Below are positions 12,210 through 22,674 of a DNA stretch of 64,000 bases, one piece after another. The notes beneath the pieces are model-generated. The model had not been told where the DNA came from. It was given only the letters and a program-made list of their open reading frames with translations, and made no database searches. Source of the DNA: Escherichia phage FL33; sequence record PP400788, one strand, 5' to 3'. A program made the translations under genes and the position numbers. The number at the start of each line of letters is the position of its first letter. Position 1 is the stretch's first letter.

Positions 12210-13340
12210 TTATGGATAGGTATAGATGATACCAGTTTCTAAAGCAGTTTTATGAATGATGTATCCATTACGCGATTCTTGAACATCAACTTCTGGATAG
12301 TCTTTCATCATCTTCTGAAGAGTGTAACGATGCAAGTAGTACTTACTATCTGGATCGTCAGTTTTCCAATCTTTACCTTCTTCAGTCATTTTTTGGATTT
12401 CATCCATAACCCACCAACCGCACCAGATATAAGCTGAAGTACGATGTGGAAGAGGATGAACATAAGGCAATTCACCTTCTGGTTCCGGAGCAACTTTATC
12501 AGTTACCTGAACTTGACCAGTCGCTTTAACTGTTTTACTATCATAGTCAGTTGCTGTAACGACAGCAGTAACTTCAATAGTTTGGCTTCCAATAGATGAG
12601 GTATCAACAGTATATACGTTAGTTGACCCTTCTACAGGAGAAGAATCTTTCTTCCATGAATACGTAATTTGTGCTTCTTCCGGAGCATCCGTAACATTAG
12701 CGGTAAATGTAGCCGAAGCATCTTGCTGAACATTAATAGAAGGAGGAGTCAATGTAACCTGTGGATTCATTGTCTTCTTATTAACTGTCAATGATACTTC
12801 ATTAGAAGTAACTTCCTTTTCATTGTAATTTTCAGCAGTTACTTGGGCTACGCATTTAATTCTTTTTACTCCACTTGTAGTTGGAGTATAGCTAAATGTA
12901 GAGTTAGTTTCTCCACCAACTTGTGAATCATCTACATACCACTGATACGTAGCAGACGCTCCATCAGGTTGAGAAGCTAAGGCAGCAGTAAATTGAACTG
13001 GGGCTCCGATTACTCCAGCGTCAGGGCTATTAGGAGTTACAGCTAAGGTGGTCGTTTGTGTCTTATTTTGAACTGTGATAGTTGTAGTAGCTTCTGCTGT
13101 TTCAGCATCAGTATCTGGAACTGTATTTGTTGCAACTACTTTAATAGTCTTTTGTCCAGCAGGTCCTTTTAATACATAATCAAAAGTTGCTTCAGCTCCA
13201 TCTTGTGGAGCATCATCTACAGTCCAAGCATATGTAATAGTTCCGCCTTCAGTTTCACCACTGGGTGTAGCAGTAAACTGCTTAGTTTCATCAATAACCC
13301 CTGTCGGTGTTTTAGGAGTTATATCAACTGTAAAAGTCAT
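12210..13340 (-). CDS. hoc: Hoc, highly immunogenic outer capsid protein (Ig-like domains)
   Basis: 376-aa ORF with repeated Thr/Val-rich Ig-like segments; T4 Hoc length and position. Confidence 0.93.
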   Translation of the reverse strand: MTFTVDITPKTPTGVIDETKQFTATPSGETEGGTITYAWTVDDAPQDGAEATFDYVLKGPAGQKTIKVVATNTVPDTDAETAEATTTITVQNKTQTTTLAVTPNSPDAGVIGAPVQFTAALASQPDGASATYQWYVDDSQVGGETNSTFSYTPTTSGVKRIKCVAQVTAENYNEKEVTSNEVSLTVNKKTMNPQVTLTPPSINVQQDASATFTANVTDAPEEAQITYSWKKDSSPVEGSTNVYTVDTSSIGSQTIEVTAVVTATDYDSKTVKATGQVQVTDKVAPEPEGELPYVHPLPHRTSAYIWCGWWVMDEIQKMTEEGKDWKTDDPDSKYYLHRYTLQKMMKDYPEVDVQESRNGYIIHKTALETGIIYTYP

Positions 13341-13349
13341 AAGTTATCC

Positions 13350-14030
13350 TTATTTTAATGTTACGAAAGAAGAGTTGCGTGTTTCACGAATTAAAACTGA
13401 TCCGTCACGGTTAATGTAATAAATTAAGCTAAATAAAGTTTGGTGTGCTGACGCATGTTCAAAACTAGTTGGGTGAGATTTCCAATCAGGAGTTTCAGCA
13501 ATCCATTGATAAATCCACCAAGGAACAGTACAGAATCCTGGATTTTTTCCAATCAACTGAAGATTCGGGCTAAAGTTTTCCGGAAGAGTAAATACAGACG
13601 GCTTTTCAGATTCAATAATCTCAGCTACAGCCTGTTCAAATTTTTCTTCAACAAATGGAGTATCTTCAATCAAAACATCGGTATTTTCAGGAATTTTATC
13701 TGTTTCTACTACTTCAATTTTAATGTCAGATTTAACCGGAGAATCAATCAAAAGTGCTGCTTCTGGATTGACTTCTTCATCGTCATATTTTAACCCCTCT
13801 GCGGCATCAGCAGCATCAATTAAGTCTTTAATAGATAACCCATCAGTCTCCGGCATAGGTTCACTAGCGAGCTTCTGGAGGGCTTCTTCAATATCAACAA
13901 CGATATTATCAAAAGATTTATTCTTTTTGACCTTTATACCAAACTGTTCAGCATATTCAGCTAATTTAGCTTTAGCTTCTTTATTATCATCAAGAGCCTT
14001 CAGCTCTGCAATATAATCTTTATCTATCAT
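13350..14030 (-). CDS. inh: Inh, inhibitor of prohead protease
   Basis: 226-aa acidic ORF directly upstream of hoc, as in T4. Confidence 0.8.
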   Translation of the reverse strand: MIDKDYIAELKALDDNKEAKAKLAEYAEQFGIKVKKNKSFDNIVVDIEEALQKLASEPMPETDGLSIKDLIDAADAAEGLKYDDEEVNPEAALLIDSPVKSDIKIEVVETDKIPENTDVLIEDTPFVEEKFEQAVAEIIESEKPSVFTLPENFSPNLQLIGKNPGFCTVPWWIYQWIAETPDWKSHPTSFEHASAHQTLFSLIYYINRDGSVLIRETRNSSFVTLK

Positions 14031-14043
14031 AATATTTCCTCAG

Positions 14044-14051
14044 TATAAATA
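14044..14051 (+). promoter_or_regulatory. late promoter TATAAATA upstream of segE-like gene
   Basis: Exact TATAAATA 29 nt upstream of ATG 14080. Confidence 0.55.
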
Positions 14052-14079
14052 TAGATATATTTATTACTCGGAAAATAGT

Positions 14080-14697
14080 ATGTACCACTTTGTATATGAA
14101 ACAACAAATCTAATAAACGGTAAAAAGTATATAGGAAAACACTCTACTGATGACTTGAATGATGGTTACCTTGGTTTCGGTAAGGCAATTCAGCAGGCTA
14201 TAAAGAAATATGGTGAAAACAATTTCTCTAGAACAATACTAAAAGAGTTTAAAACTTCCGAAGAAGCGTACATGTATGAAGAAGAAATTATAACTCCTGA
14301 AATAATAAAAAGCAAAAATTATTATAATATGAAACCTGGTGGAATTGGTGGAATTGTTATGACTACAGAGGTTATAGCAAAGATGAAAGAATCTTCCGCT
14401 AAGAGATTTGAAAACTCACCGGGCACGGTATTAGGTACAACTTGTTACACTAATGGAACTAAAAATATTTTTATTAAACCTGGAGAACTTGTTCCAGAAG
14501 GATTTGTAAAAGGAATGGTTCATCCTAATAGAAAGTCCAGAAAAGGATGTAAAGTCAAACCGACTACCACAGGAACTTTTTGGGTCAATAACGGTGCAAT
14601 AAATAAATTAATACAACCAGACGGTATTATTCCCGACGGATTTATTAAAGGTCGTCTCATGAAAAGAGATTCTAAAGGCAAATTTAGTAAGGCATAA
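14080..14697 (+). CDS. segE: GIY-YIG free-standing homing endonuclease (SegE-like)
   Basis: N-terminal MYHFVYETTNLINGKKYIGKH...GYLGFG GIY-YIG module; between inh and uvsW as in T4. Confidence 0.8.
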   Translation: MYHFVYETTNLINGKKYIGKHSTDDLNDGYLGFGKAIQQAIKKYGENNFSRTILKEFKTSEEAYMYEEEIITPEIIKSKNYYNMKPGGIGGIVMTTEVIAKMKESSAKRFENSPGTVLGTTCYTNGTKNIFIKPGELVPEGFVKGMVHPNRKSRKGCKVKPTTTGTFWVNNGAINKLIQPDGIIPDGFIKGRLMKRDSKGKFSKA

Positions 14698-14699
14698 TT

Positions 14700-16208
14700 A
14701 TGGATATTAAAGTACATTTTCACGACTTCAGCCATGTACGCATCGATTGTGAAGAGAGCACGTTCCACGAATTAAGAGATTTCTTTTCGTTTGAGGCCGA
14801 TGGATATAGGTTTAATCCTCGCTTCAGATATGGCAACTGGGATGGACGAATCCGTCTATTAGATTATAATCGCCTTCTTCCATTCGGCTTAGTTGGGCAA
14901 ATTAAAAAGTTCTGCGATAACTTTGGCTATAAAGCCTGGATTGACCCTCAAATTAATGAAAAAGAAGAATTATCAAGAAAAGATTTTGATGAATGGCTTT
15001 CTAAATTAGAAATCTATTCAGGAAATAAAAGAATTGAACCACACTGGTATCAAAAAGATGCAGTGTTCGAAGGATTAGTTAATCGTCGCAGAATTCTTAA
15101 TCTTCCAACATCCGCAGGTAAATCTTTAATTCAAGCTTTGCTTGCACGTTATTATTTGGAAAATTATGAAGGTAAAATTCTTATCATTGTTCCAACAACT
15201 GCTCTGACAACTCAGATGGCTGATGACTTTGTTGACTATCGTTTATTCAGTCATGCAATGATAAAGAAAATTGGTGGCGGAGCATCAAAAGATGATAAAT
15301 ATAAAAATGATGCACCAGTCGTTGTTGGTACATGGCAAACTGTAGTAAAACAACCGAAAGAATGGTTCTCACAGTTTGGAATGATGATGAATGATGAATG
15401 TCATCTTGCTACAGGAAAAAGTATTTCATCTATCATATCAGGTTTAAATAACTGCATGTTCAAATTTGGTTTGTCTGGTTCATTACGTGATGGCAAAGCC
15501 AATATCATGCAGTATGTTGGAATGTTTGGTGAAATATTTAAGCCAGTAACGACTTCTAAATTAATGGAAGATGGACAAGTAACTGAGCTAAAAATTAATA
15601 GTATTTTTCTTCGCTATCCCGATGAGTTCACTACTAAATTAAAGGGAAAAACTTATCAAGAAGAAATAAAAATTATTACTGGGCTTAGTAAAAGAAATAA
15701 ATGGATCGCTAAATTAGCTATTAAGCTTGCGCAAAAAGATGAAAACGCTTTTGTCATGTTTAAACATGTATCACATGGTAAAGCTATTTTCGATTTAATT
15801 AAAAATGAATACGATAAAGTTTATTACGTATCAGGGGAAGTTGATACCGAAACCCGCAATATAATGAAAACCTTAGCTGAAAACGGTAAAGGAATAATTA
15901 TAGTAGCTAGTTATGGTGTATTTTCTACTGGTATTTCAGTTAAAAATCTGCATCACGTTGTTTTAGCGCATGGTGTTAAATCTAAAATTATTGTATTGCA
16001 AACAATAGGTCGTGTATTACGTAAGCATGGTTCTAAAACAATCGCAACGGTCTGGGACCTCATAGATGATTGTGGTGTTAAGCCAAAATCTGCTAATACG
16101 AAAAAGAAATACGTTCATTTGAACTATCTTTTAAAACACGGCATTGATCGTATTCAGCGCTACGCAGATGAAAAATTTAATTACGTAATGAAAACAGTTA
16201 ATTTATAA
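14700..16208 (+). CDS. uvsW: UvsW DNA/RNA helicase (SF2)
   Basis: 502-aa ORF with Walker A-like PTSAGKS and DECH box (MMNDECHL). Confidence 0.93.
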   Translation: MDIKVHFHDFSHVRIDCEESTFHELRDFFSFEADGYRFNPRFRYGNWDGRIRLLDYNRLLPFGLVGQIKKFCDNFGYKAWIDPQINEKEELSRKDFDEWLSKLEIYSGNKRIEPHWYQKDAVFEGLVNRRRILNLPTSAGKSLIQALLARYYLENYEGKILIIVPTTALTTQMADDFVDYRLFSHAMIKKIGGGASKDDKYKNDAPVVVGTWQTVVKQPKEWFSQFGMMMNDECHLATGKSISSIISGLNNCMFKFGLSGSLRDGKANIMQYVGMFGEIFKPVTTSKLMEDGQVTELKINSIFLRYPDEFTTKLKGKTYQEEIKIITGLSKRNKWIAKLAIKLAQKDENAFVMFKHVSHGKAIFDLIKNEYDKVYYVSGEVDTETRNIMKTLAENGKGIIIVASYGVFSTGISVKNLHHVVLAHGVKSKIIVLQTIGRVLRKHGSKTIATVWDLIDDCGVKPKSANTKKKYVHLNYLLKHGIDRIQRYADEKFNYVMKTVNL

Positions 16209-16223
16209 GGGCTTCGGCCCTTT
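16209..16223 (+). terminator. hairpin after uvsW
   Basis: gggc-ttcg-gccc UUCG hairpin + TTT immediately after stop; overlaps RBS of next ORF. Confidence 0.6.
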
Positions 16224-16233
16224 GGAGAAAAAG

Positions 16234-16464
16234 ATGTTACTAGAATTTAAACAATTTCTTTATGAAGCTTCTATTGATGAATTTATGGGTAAAATTGCAT
16301 CATGCCAAACATTAGAAGGTCTAGAAGAACTTGAAGCTTATTATAAGAAAAGAGTTAAAGAAACTGAATTAAAAGATACTGATGACATCTCTGTGAGAGA
16401 TGCTTTGGCAGGAAAAAGAGCTGAATTAGAAGATTCAGACGATGAAGTAGAAGAAAGCTTTTAA
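16234..16464 (+). CDS. uvsW.1: UvsW.1 small acidic protein
   Basis: 76 aa from ATG 16234 with GGAG 6 nt upstream (track starts at TTG 16222). Confidence 0.7.
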   Translation: MLLEFKQFLYEASIDEFMGKIASCQTLEGLEELEAYYKKRVKETELKDTDDISVRDALAGKRAELEDSDDEVEESF

Positions 16465-16519
16465 ATTAAAAAAGGCCCAACCAAAAAGGAAGGGCCAAAA
16501 CTATAGACTAAAGGTCACA

Positions 16520-16687
16520 CTATAGCAAAAGTTGTGTTTCATTTAATTGTTCTTCCGAACTTTCTGAAACTGGTAGTTCTTTAATGTAATTATAGCAAGG
16601 CCCAGGATGTACAGGACCTTTGTCTGTTTCAACAACCAATGCAGAATCGATTGGAGTTTTACAGACAACACAAATCTTATCTGACAT
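16520..16687 (-). CDS. hypothetical 55-aa Cys-containing protein (below ORF-track cutoff)
   Basis: Read by hand: MSDKICVVCKTPIDSALVVETDKGPVHPGPCYNY...; strong SD AGAGGAGA 5 nt upstream of ATG 16687. Confidence 0.45.
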   Translation of the reverse strand: MSDKICVVCKTPIDSALVVETDKGPVHPGPCYNYIKELPVSESSEEQLNETQLLL

Positions 16688-16715
16688 GATTGTCTCCTCT
16701 GAATTATATATCTAT

Positions 16716-16940
16716 TTATACAACTCTCATATGCATATCAATGCCCATATCTTTAGAATAAAAATATTCATCAAGATATCCGGCAAATTTTCCTTTAATA
16801 TAAAGGACATCTTCACCACACGGGTGGTCGGTCAGGATACGAATATCCTGACGCTTAAGATTATGCTTTTTCATTAAGAATTGAATTTCCGTTTCAAATT
16901 CTTCTTCATAATTAAAAGCATCATCAATGCTATATCTCAT
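16716..16940 (-). CDS. hypothetical protein upstream of uvsY
   Basis: 74-aa ORF whose start overlaps uvsY stop region; co-oriented. Confidence 0.6.
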   Translation of the reverse strand: MRYSIDDAFNYEEEFETEIQFLMKKHNLKRQDIRILTDHPCGEDVLYIKGKFAGYLDEYFYSKDMGIDMHMRVV

Positions 16941-17353
16941 TATTTTCCAGCCTCAAATGCCCGCATGTCTTGAATATGCTTAATAGCAAATCCGCGTGAT
17001 TTGATAGCATCAAGAGCTCCGCTACAGAAATCTAATAAAATCCCCCAATACTGTAACGAGGTATCAACCTTTAAAACATCCTTATCAGCTGATAGAACTG
17101 TCTTCATTTCTGATTTCTCGTAACGATCCATACTAAATTCATCACCATCTCCTCGTCCCGAGTAGTAGTCTAATTTAGCTTTAAGAGCAACTTTCTTTTG
17201 CGCGTCAATTCTAAGCATTTCCTTTTTAATACTTGAATGCTTATTAAGCCATTTACTATATAACATCACATTATTAGCTGCTTCATACTGTAATTTAGTC
17301 GAATCTATAAACACATCTTTCTTCAATTCTTCTTGAAGATCTTCTAATCTCAT
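16940..17353 (-). CDS. uvsY: UvsY recombination mediator
   Basis: 137-aa ORF, T4 UvsY length and position. Confidence 0.92.
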   Translation of the reverse strand: MRLEDLQEELKKDVFIDSTKLQYEAANNVMLYSKWLNKHSSIKKEMLRIDAQKKVALKAKLDYYSGRGDGDEFSMDRYEKSEMKTVLSADKDVLKVDTSLQYWGILLDFCSGALDAIKSRGFAIKHIQDMRAFEAGK

Positions 17354-17419
17354 ATTGTTCTCTATTCAATTGTTATTGGATGGACTTAGATTCATTATAC
17401 CACGTTTTAACGTGAAGCA

Positions 17420-17818
17420 TTATACTCTATTACTAGAAGCCAATTGCAGTTTTATTTGCTCAATATCATCGGGGTTATCGATGACCGAAAAGCGTATTTC
17501 TACTATCAGAGTATAATCATCATAAACTGGTATCACATTAACTGCTAATTTATCAATACGTGGCTCATAGTTTCTTACTGCGCTTTCGATGTTACGCTCA
17601 ACCGTATCAGCAGTAAGAGGAGTCATATTTTCAAAAAGCTGATCTGATAAATCACATCCAAATTCTGGGTCAAACGGTCTCGACCCTTTTCTGGTTGTGA
17701 TAATTCCCAAAAGGCTATTTTTAATTGACCTTAATCCAAGAGATCTAGAAACATCTTTGTCCCAATCCATTTTCATTTCTGGGTCAATGTCAGAATAAAG
17801 CTTATTAATATTTGCCAT
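17420..17818 (-). CDS. 25: baseplate wedge protein gp25
   Basis: 132-aa ORF; T4 gp25 length and position. Confidence 0.93.
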   Translation of the reverse strand: MANINKLYSDIDPEMKMDWDKDVSRSLGLRSIKNSLLGIITTRKGSRPFDPEFGCDLSDQLFENMTPLTADTVERNIESAVRNYEPRIDKLAVNVIPVYDDYTLIVEIRFSVIDNPDDIEQIKLQLASSNRV

Positions 17819-18444
17819 TACAATAGCTCAAAGAATTCTTTGAGTCCTCTTATTACATGAGCGTGAGTTTTTCCACACTCTGGACACTTAATTGGAACAG
17901 CCAAATAAACAGTAGGCTTTAAAAGCATATCTTTTATAGCTACAATATCTGACTCTGTGATGATAGAATATAAATCTTCCAGTTCCTTTTCATTTAAATC
18001 TTCAACTGGAATGCTTTCCCCGTTAGCATGAATCGTTTCTATGCATGATACTATCATGTGGGCTATATTTTTATCATCAAAAATTTTAGGGTAATGGAAC
18101 TTAATTTTAATGTCACCCAGTGTATACCAGAGGTCTTCTGGTGCATCTATTTGTGTATGTAATAGATTTATATGGGTTGGTATTTCAGTTCCACAGGTGC
18201 ATTTCCAGGAGTTTTCGTGATTAACTTCTCCAAGAGAATGCGCCCATAAATGAATCAGCAGTAGTTCTGATTCTTGGCGGTTTAAATCTTTTGCATTTGT
18301 GCAGTCTTTGATTAGCTTTTTAACAATTTCTTCGACTGAACCGTTCTTTTTAGCAGTAATAAGTTCTAGATATTCTTTAAGAGTAAATGCGCGACAGTTG
18401 ATTATTTTAGAACCAACTCTCACGTCAAATTTGTATTCATACAT
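17818..18444 (-). CDS. 26: baseplate hub protein gp26
   Basis: 208-aa ORF, stop overlaps gene 25 start; T4 synteny. Confidence 0.9.
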   Translation of the reverse strand: MYEYKFDVRVGSKIINCRAFTLKEYLELITAKKNGSVEEIVKKLIKDCTNAKDLNRQESELLLIHLWAHSLGEVNHENSWKCTCGTEIPTHINLLHTQIDAPEDLWYTLGDIKIKFHYPKIFDDKNIAHMIVSCIETIHANGESIPVEDLNEKELEDLYSIITESDIVAIKDMLLKPTVYLAVPIKCPECGKTHAHVIRGLKEFFELL

Positions 18445-18465
18445 ATTTAGCTCCTTTATTTATCA

Positions 18466-18477
18466 TATTTATAAATA
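18466..18477. promoter_or_regulatory. palindromic bidirectional late promoter TATTTATAAATA (genes 26 and 51)
   Basis: 12-nt perfect palindrome giving TATAAATA on both strands between divergent genes 26 and 51. Confidence 0.65.
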
Positions 18478-18494
18478 GAATAAAAGGAGCATCT

Positions 18495-19244
18495 ATGGCA
18501 AACATTATTCGTTGTAAATTACCAGATGGTGTTCATCGTTTTAAACCATTTACGGTAGAAGATTATCGAGATTTTTTGTTAGTTCGAAACGATATAGAAC
18601 ATCGGTCACCACAAGAACAAAAAGAAATAATTGCTGATTTAATTGCCGATTATTTTGGAGACTATCCGAAGACTTGGCAACCATTTATATTTTTGCAGGT
18701 ATTTGTAGGGTCAATAGGTAAAACTAAAGTACCGGTCACATTTGTATGTCCAAAATGTAAAAAAGAAAAGACAGTTCCATTTGAAATATATCAAAAAGAA
18801 TTAAAGGAACCTGTTTTTGATGTAGCTAATGTTAAAATTAAATTAAAGTTTCCTTCTGAGTTTTATGAAAATAAAGCAAAGATGATTACTGAAAATATTC
18901 ATTCTGTTCAAGTAGATGAAACATGGTATGATTGGAAGGAAATTAGTGAATCAAGTCAAATAGAACTTGTTGATGCCATCGAGATAGAAACATTAGAAAA
19001 AATTCTCGATGCAATGAATCCTATTAATTTAACGCTACATATGTCCTGCTGTGATAAGTATGTAAAAAAATACACTGATATAGTAGACGTGTTTAAGCTA
19101 TTAGTTAACCCAGATGAGATATTTACTTTTTATCAAATTAATCACACACTCGTAAAAAGTAATTATAGCTTAAATTCAATAATGAAAATGATTCCTGCTG
19201 AGCGCGGATTCGTATTAAAACTGATTGAGAAGGATAAACAATAA
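18495..19244 (+). CDS. 51: baseplate hub assembly protein gp51
   Basis: 249-aa ORF; T4 gp51 length and position. Confidence 0.9.
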   Translation: MANIIRCKLPDGVHRFKPFTVEDYRDFLLVRNDIEHRSPQEQKEIIADLIADYFGDYPKTWQPFIFLQVFVGSIGKTKVPVTFVCPKCKKEKTVPFEIYQKELKEPVFDVANVKIKLKFPSEFYENKAKMITENIHSVQVDETWYDWKEISESSQIELVDAIEIETLEKILDAMNPINLTLHMSCCDKYVKKYTDIVDVFKLLVNPDEIFTFYQINHTLVKSNYSLNSIMKMIPAERGFVLKLIEKDKQ

Positions 19245-20419
19245 TGAGTATGTTGCAACGCCCCGGATATCCAAATCTCAGCGTTAAATTATTTGATAGC
19301 TACGACGCTTGGAGTAATAATAGATTTGTTGAATTAGCTGCTACTATTACCACATTAACTATGCGGGATTCTCTTTATGGCCGAAATGAAGGAATGCTGC
19401 AGTTTTATGATTCTAAAAACATCCATACAAAAATGGATGGAAATGAAATAATTCAGATTTCTGTAGCTAATGCAAATGATATTAATAATGTTAAAACACG
19501 AATTTATGGATGTAAGCATTTTTCCGTGTCAGTAGATTCAAAAGGTGATAACATCATTGCTATTGAATTGGGAACTATTCATTCTATAGAAAATCTTAAA
19601 TTTGGTAGACCATTTTTCCCTGATGCGGGTGAATCTATAAAAGAAATGCTTGGCGTCATTTATCAAGACCGTACATTATTAACTCCAGCGATAAATGCTA
19701 TAAATGCTTATGTTCCTGATATTCCATGGACTAGTACATTTGAAAATTATTTGTCATATGTAAGAGAAGTTGCTCTAGCTGTAGGAAGTGACAAATTTGT
19801 ATTTGTATGGCAAGACATCATGGGAGTTAACATGATGGACTATGATATGATGATAAATCAAGAACCATACCCAATGATTGTCGGTGAGCCATCTTTAATA
19901 GGTCAATTCATCCAAGAATTAAAATATCCATTAGCATATGATTTTGTTTGGTTGACTAAATCGAATCCTCACAAACGTGACCCAATGAAAAACGCTACTA
20001 TCTATGCTCATTCATTTTTAGATTCTTCATTGCCAATGATTACTACAGGAAAGGGCGAAAACTCTATTGTAGTGTCAAGGTCAGGTGCTTATTCTGAAAT
20101 GACTTATAGGAATGGATATGAAGAAGCTATTCGTCTTCAAACTATGGCGCAATACGATGGCTATGCTAAATGTTCTACTGTCGGTAATTTTAACTTGACA
20201 CCTGGCGTTAAAATTATTTTTAATGATAGTAAAAACCAATTTAAAACAGAATTTTACGTTGATGAAGTTATCCACGAATTATCCAATAATAATTCAGTAA
20301 CTCATCTATATATGTTCACTAATGCAACGAAACTGGAAACAATAGACCCAGTTAAGGTTAAAAATGAATTTAAATCTGATACTACCACTGAAGAAAGTAG
20401 TTCTTCCAATAAGCAATAA
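19244..20419 (+). CDS. 27: baseplate hub protein gp27
   Basis: 391-aa ORF; T4 gp27 length; coupled start with gene 51 stop. Confidence 0.93.
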   Translation: MSMLQRPGYPNLSVKLFDSYDAWSNNRFVELAATITTLTMRDSLYGRNEGMLQFYDSKNIHTKMDGNEIIQISVANANDINNVKTRIYGCKHFSVSVDSKGDNIIAIELGTIHSIENLKFGRPFFPDAGESIKEMLGVIYQDRTLLTPAINAINAYVPDIPWTSTFENYLSYVREVALAVGSDKFVFVWQDIMGVNMMDYDMMINQEPYPMIVGEPSLIGQFIQELKYPLAYDFVWLTKSNPHKRDPMKNATIYAHSFLDSSLPMITTGKGENSIVVSRSGAYSEMTYRNGYEEAIRLQTMAQYDGYAKCSTVGNFNLTPGVKIIFNDSKNQFKTEFYVDEVIHELSNNNSVTHLYMFTNATKLETIDPVKVKNEFKSDTTTEESSSSNKQ

Positions 20420-20897
20420 AGAAGTTTCTATTCCTAAAATGGGTCTTAAACATTATAACATTTTAAAAGATGTTAAAGGTCCTGATGAAAATTTAAAACT
20501 TTTGATCGATTCTATTTGTCCGAATTTATCACCGGCAGAAGTTGATTTCGTTTCTATTCATTTATTGGAATTTAATGGAAAGATTAAATCTCGCAAAGAA
20601 ATAGATGGTTATACTTATGACATTAATGATGTTTATGTATGCCAAAGATTGGAATTTCAATACCAAGGAAATACATTTTATTTTAGACCTCCTGGAAAAT
20701 TTGAACAATTTTTAACGGTGAGCGATATGTTATCCAAGTGCTTACTTAAGGTCAATGATGAAGTTAAAGAAATTAATTTTCTTGAGATGCCAGCATTCGT
20801 TTTAAAATGGGCAAATGACATTTTTACAACTTTAGCAATTCCTGGCCCTAATGGTCCAATAACCGGAATTGGCAATATTATTGGATTATTTGAATGA
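20364..20897 (+). CDS. 28: baseplate hub distal subunit gp28
   Basis: 177-aa ORF overlapping 3' end of gene 27 in another frame, as in T4. Confidence 0.85.
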   Translation: MNLNLILPLKKVVLPISNKEVSIPKMGLKHYNILKDVKGPDENLKLLIDSICPNLSPAEVDFVSIHLLEFNGKIKSRKEIDGYTYDINDVYVCQRLEFQYQGNTFYFRPPGKFEQFLTVSDMLSKCLLKVNDEVKEINFLEMPAFVLKWANDIFTTLAIPGPNGPITGIGNIIGLFE

Positions 20898-22666
20898 AAA
20901 AGCCACAAGAAATGCAAACGATGCGCAGAAAAGTTATTTCAGATAATAAACCAACACAGGAAGCGGCTAAATCCGCTTCTAACACTTTATCTGGACTTAA
21001 CGATATATCTACGAAATTGGATGATGCTCAAGCTGCTTCTGAATTAATTGCTCAAACTGTTGAAGAAAAATCGAATGAAATAATTGGGGCAATTGACAAC
21101 GTAGAAAACGCAGTGAGTGATACTACTGCTGGTTCTGAGTTAATTGCTGAAACTGTCGAAATTGGCAATAATATTAATAAAGAAATCGGTGAATCACTCG
21201 GGAGCAAATTAGATAAATTAACAAGTTTACTAGAGCAAAAAATTCAGACAGCTGGAATTCAACAGACGGGAACTAGTTTAGCCACGGTTGAAAGTGCTAT
21301 TCCTGTTAAAGTTGTTGAGGATGATACAGCTGAATCTGTGGGTCCTTTATTACCGGCTCCTGAAGCAGTTAATAATGATCCTGATGCTGATTTTTTCCCT
21401 ACCCCTCAGCCAGTTGAGCCCAAACAAGAATCGCCAGAAGAAAAACAGAAAAAAGACGCATTTAACTTAAAATTATCTCAAGCTTTAGATAAATTAACAA
21501 AGACTGTTGATTTTGGATTTAAGAAATCCATTTCAATTACTGATAAAATATCAAGCATGTTATTTAAGTATACCGTCAGTGCTGCTATTGAAGCTGCTAA
21601 AATGACTGCAATGATATTGGCTGTTGTTGTAGGAATAGACCTGTTGATGGTTCATTTTAAATATTGGTCAGATAAATTTTCGCAGGCTTGGGATTTGTTT
21701 AGTACAGACTTTACTAAATTCTCTAGCGAAACCGGAACATGGGGTCCTTTATTACAGAGCATCTTTGGTTCTATTGATAAAATTAAACAGCTTTGGGAAG
21801 CTGGAGATTGGGGCGGATTGACAGTAGCTATTGTAGAAGGGCTTGGAAAGGTTCTTTTTAATTTAGGAGAGCTTATTCAATTAGGTATGGCTAAATTATC
21901 TGCTGCAATTCTTCGAGTCATTCCTGGCATGAAGGATACCGCTGATGAAGTAGAAGGAAGAGCACTAGAAAATTTCCAAAATACTACAAATGCTTCTCTT
22001 AACAAAGAAGACCAAGAAAAAGTTGCAAACTATCAATATAAAAGAATGAATGGAGAACTTGGTCCGATAGCAAAAGGACTAGACAAAATTGCGAACTGGA
22101 AAACTCGTGCATCTAACTGGATTCGCGGTGTTGATAATAAAGAAGCACTAACGACTGATGAAGAGAGAGCAGATGAAGAAGAAAAATTAAAGCAACTTTC
22201 TCCGGAGGAAGCTAAAATTGCTTTAATGAAAGCTAATGAAGCTCGTGCTGCTATGAATCGTTTTGATGAATATGCTGATTCAGCTGATATGAGTAAAGAC
22301 TCAACAGTTAAATCAGTTGAAGCTGCCTATGAAGACCTTAAAAAACGGATGGATGACCCGGATTTAAATAATTCGCCGGCAGTTAAAAAAGAACTTGCTG
22401 CTAGATTTTCTAAAATTGATGCTACTTATCAAGAGCTCAAGAAAAATCAGCCTAATGCCAAACCTGAAACTTCTGCTAAATCGCCAGAAGCAAAACAAGT
22501 CCAGGTAATAGAAAAGAACAAAGCACAGCAAGCTCCTGTTCAACAAGCATCTCCTTCAATCAATAATACTAATAATGTTATTAAGAAAAATACTGTCGTT
22601 CATAATATGACACCCGTAACGAGCACGACTGCTCCTGGTGTATTTGATGCGACTGGAGTTAATTAA
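20894..22666 (+). CDS. 29: tail length tape-measure / baseplate hub protein gp29
   Basis: 590-aa ORF; T4 gp29 length and position. Confidence 0.9.
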   Translation: MKKPQEMQTMRRKVISDNKPTQEAAKSASNTLSGLNDISTKLDDAQAASELIAQTVEEKSNEIIGAIDNVENAVSDTTAGSELIAETVEIGNNINKEIGESLGSKLDKLTSLLEQKIQTAGIQQTGTSLATVESAIPVKVVEDDTAESVGPLLPAPEAVNNDPDADFFPTPQPVEPKQESPEEKQKKDAFNLKLSQALDKLTKTVDFGFKKSISITDKISSMLFKYTVSAAIEAAKMTAMILAVVVGIDLLMVHFKYWSDKFSQAWDLFSTDFTKFSSETGTWGPLLQSIFGSIDKIKQLWEAGDWGGLTVAIVEGLGKVLFNLGELIQLGMAKLSAAILRVIPGMKDTADEVEGRALENFQNTTNASLNKEDQEKVANYQYKRMNGELGPIAKGLDKIANWKTRASNWIRGVDNKEALTTDEERADEEEKLKQLSPEEAKIALMKANEARAAMNRFDEYADSADMSKDSTVKSVEAAYEDLKKRMDDPDLNNSPAVKKELAARFSKIDATYQELKKNQPNAKPETSAKSPEAKQVQVIEKNKAQQAPVQQASPSINNTNNVIKKNTVVHNMTPVTSTTAPGVFDATGVN

Positions 22667-22674
22667 GGAATAAT

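Noticed and set aside
13455-14016. Plus-strand ORFs of 112 and 97 aa inside inh
   Set aside because: Antisense to a well-supported gene, low-complexity composition, no RBS; frame artefacts.
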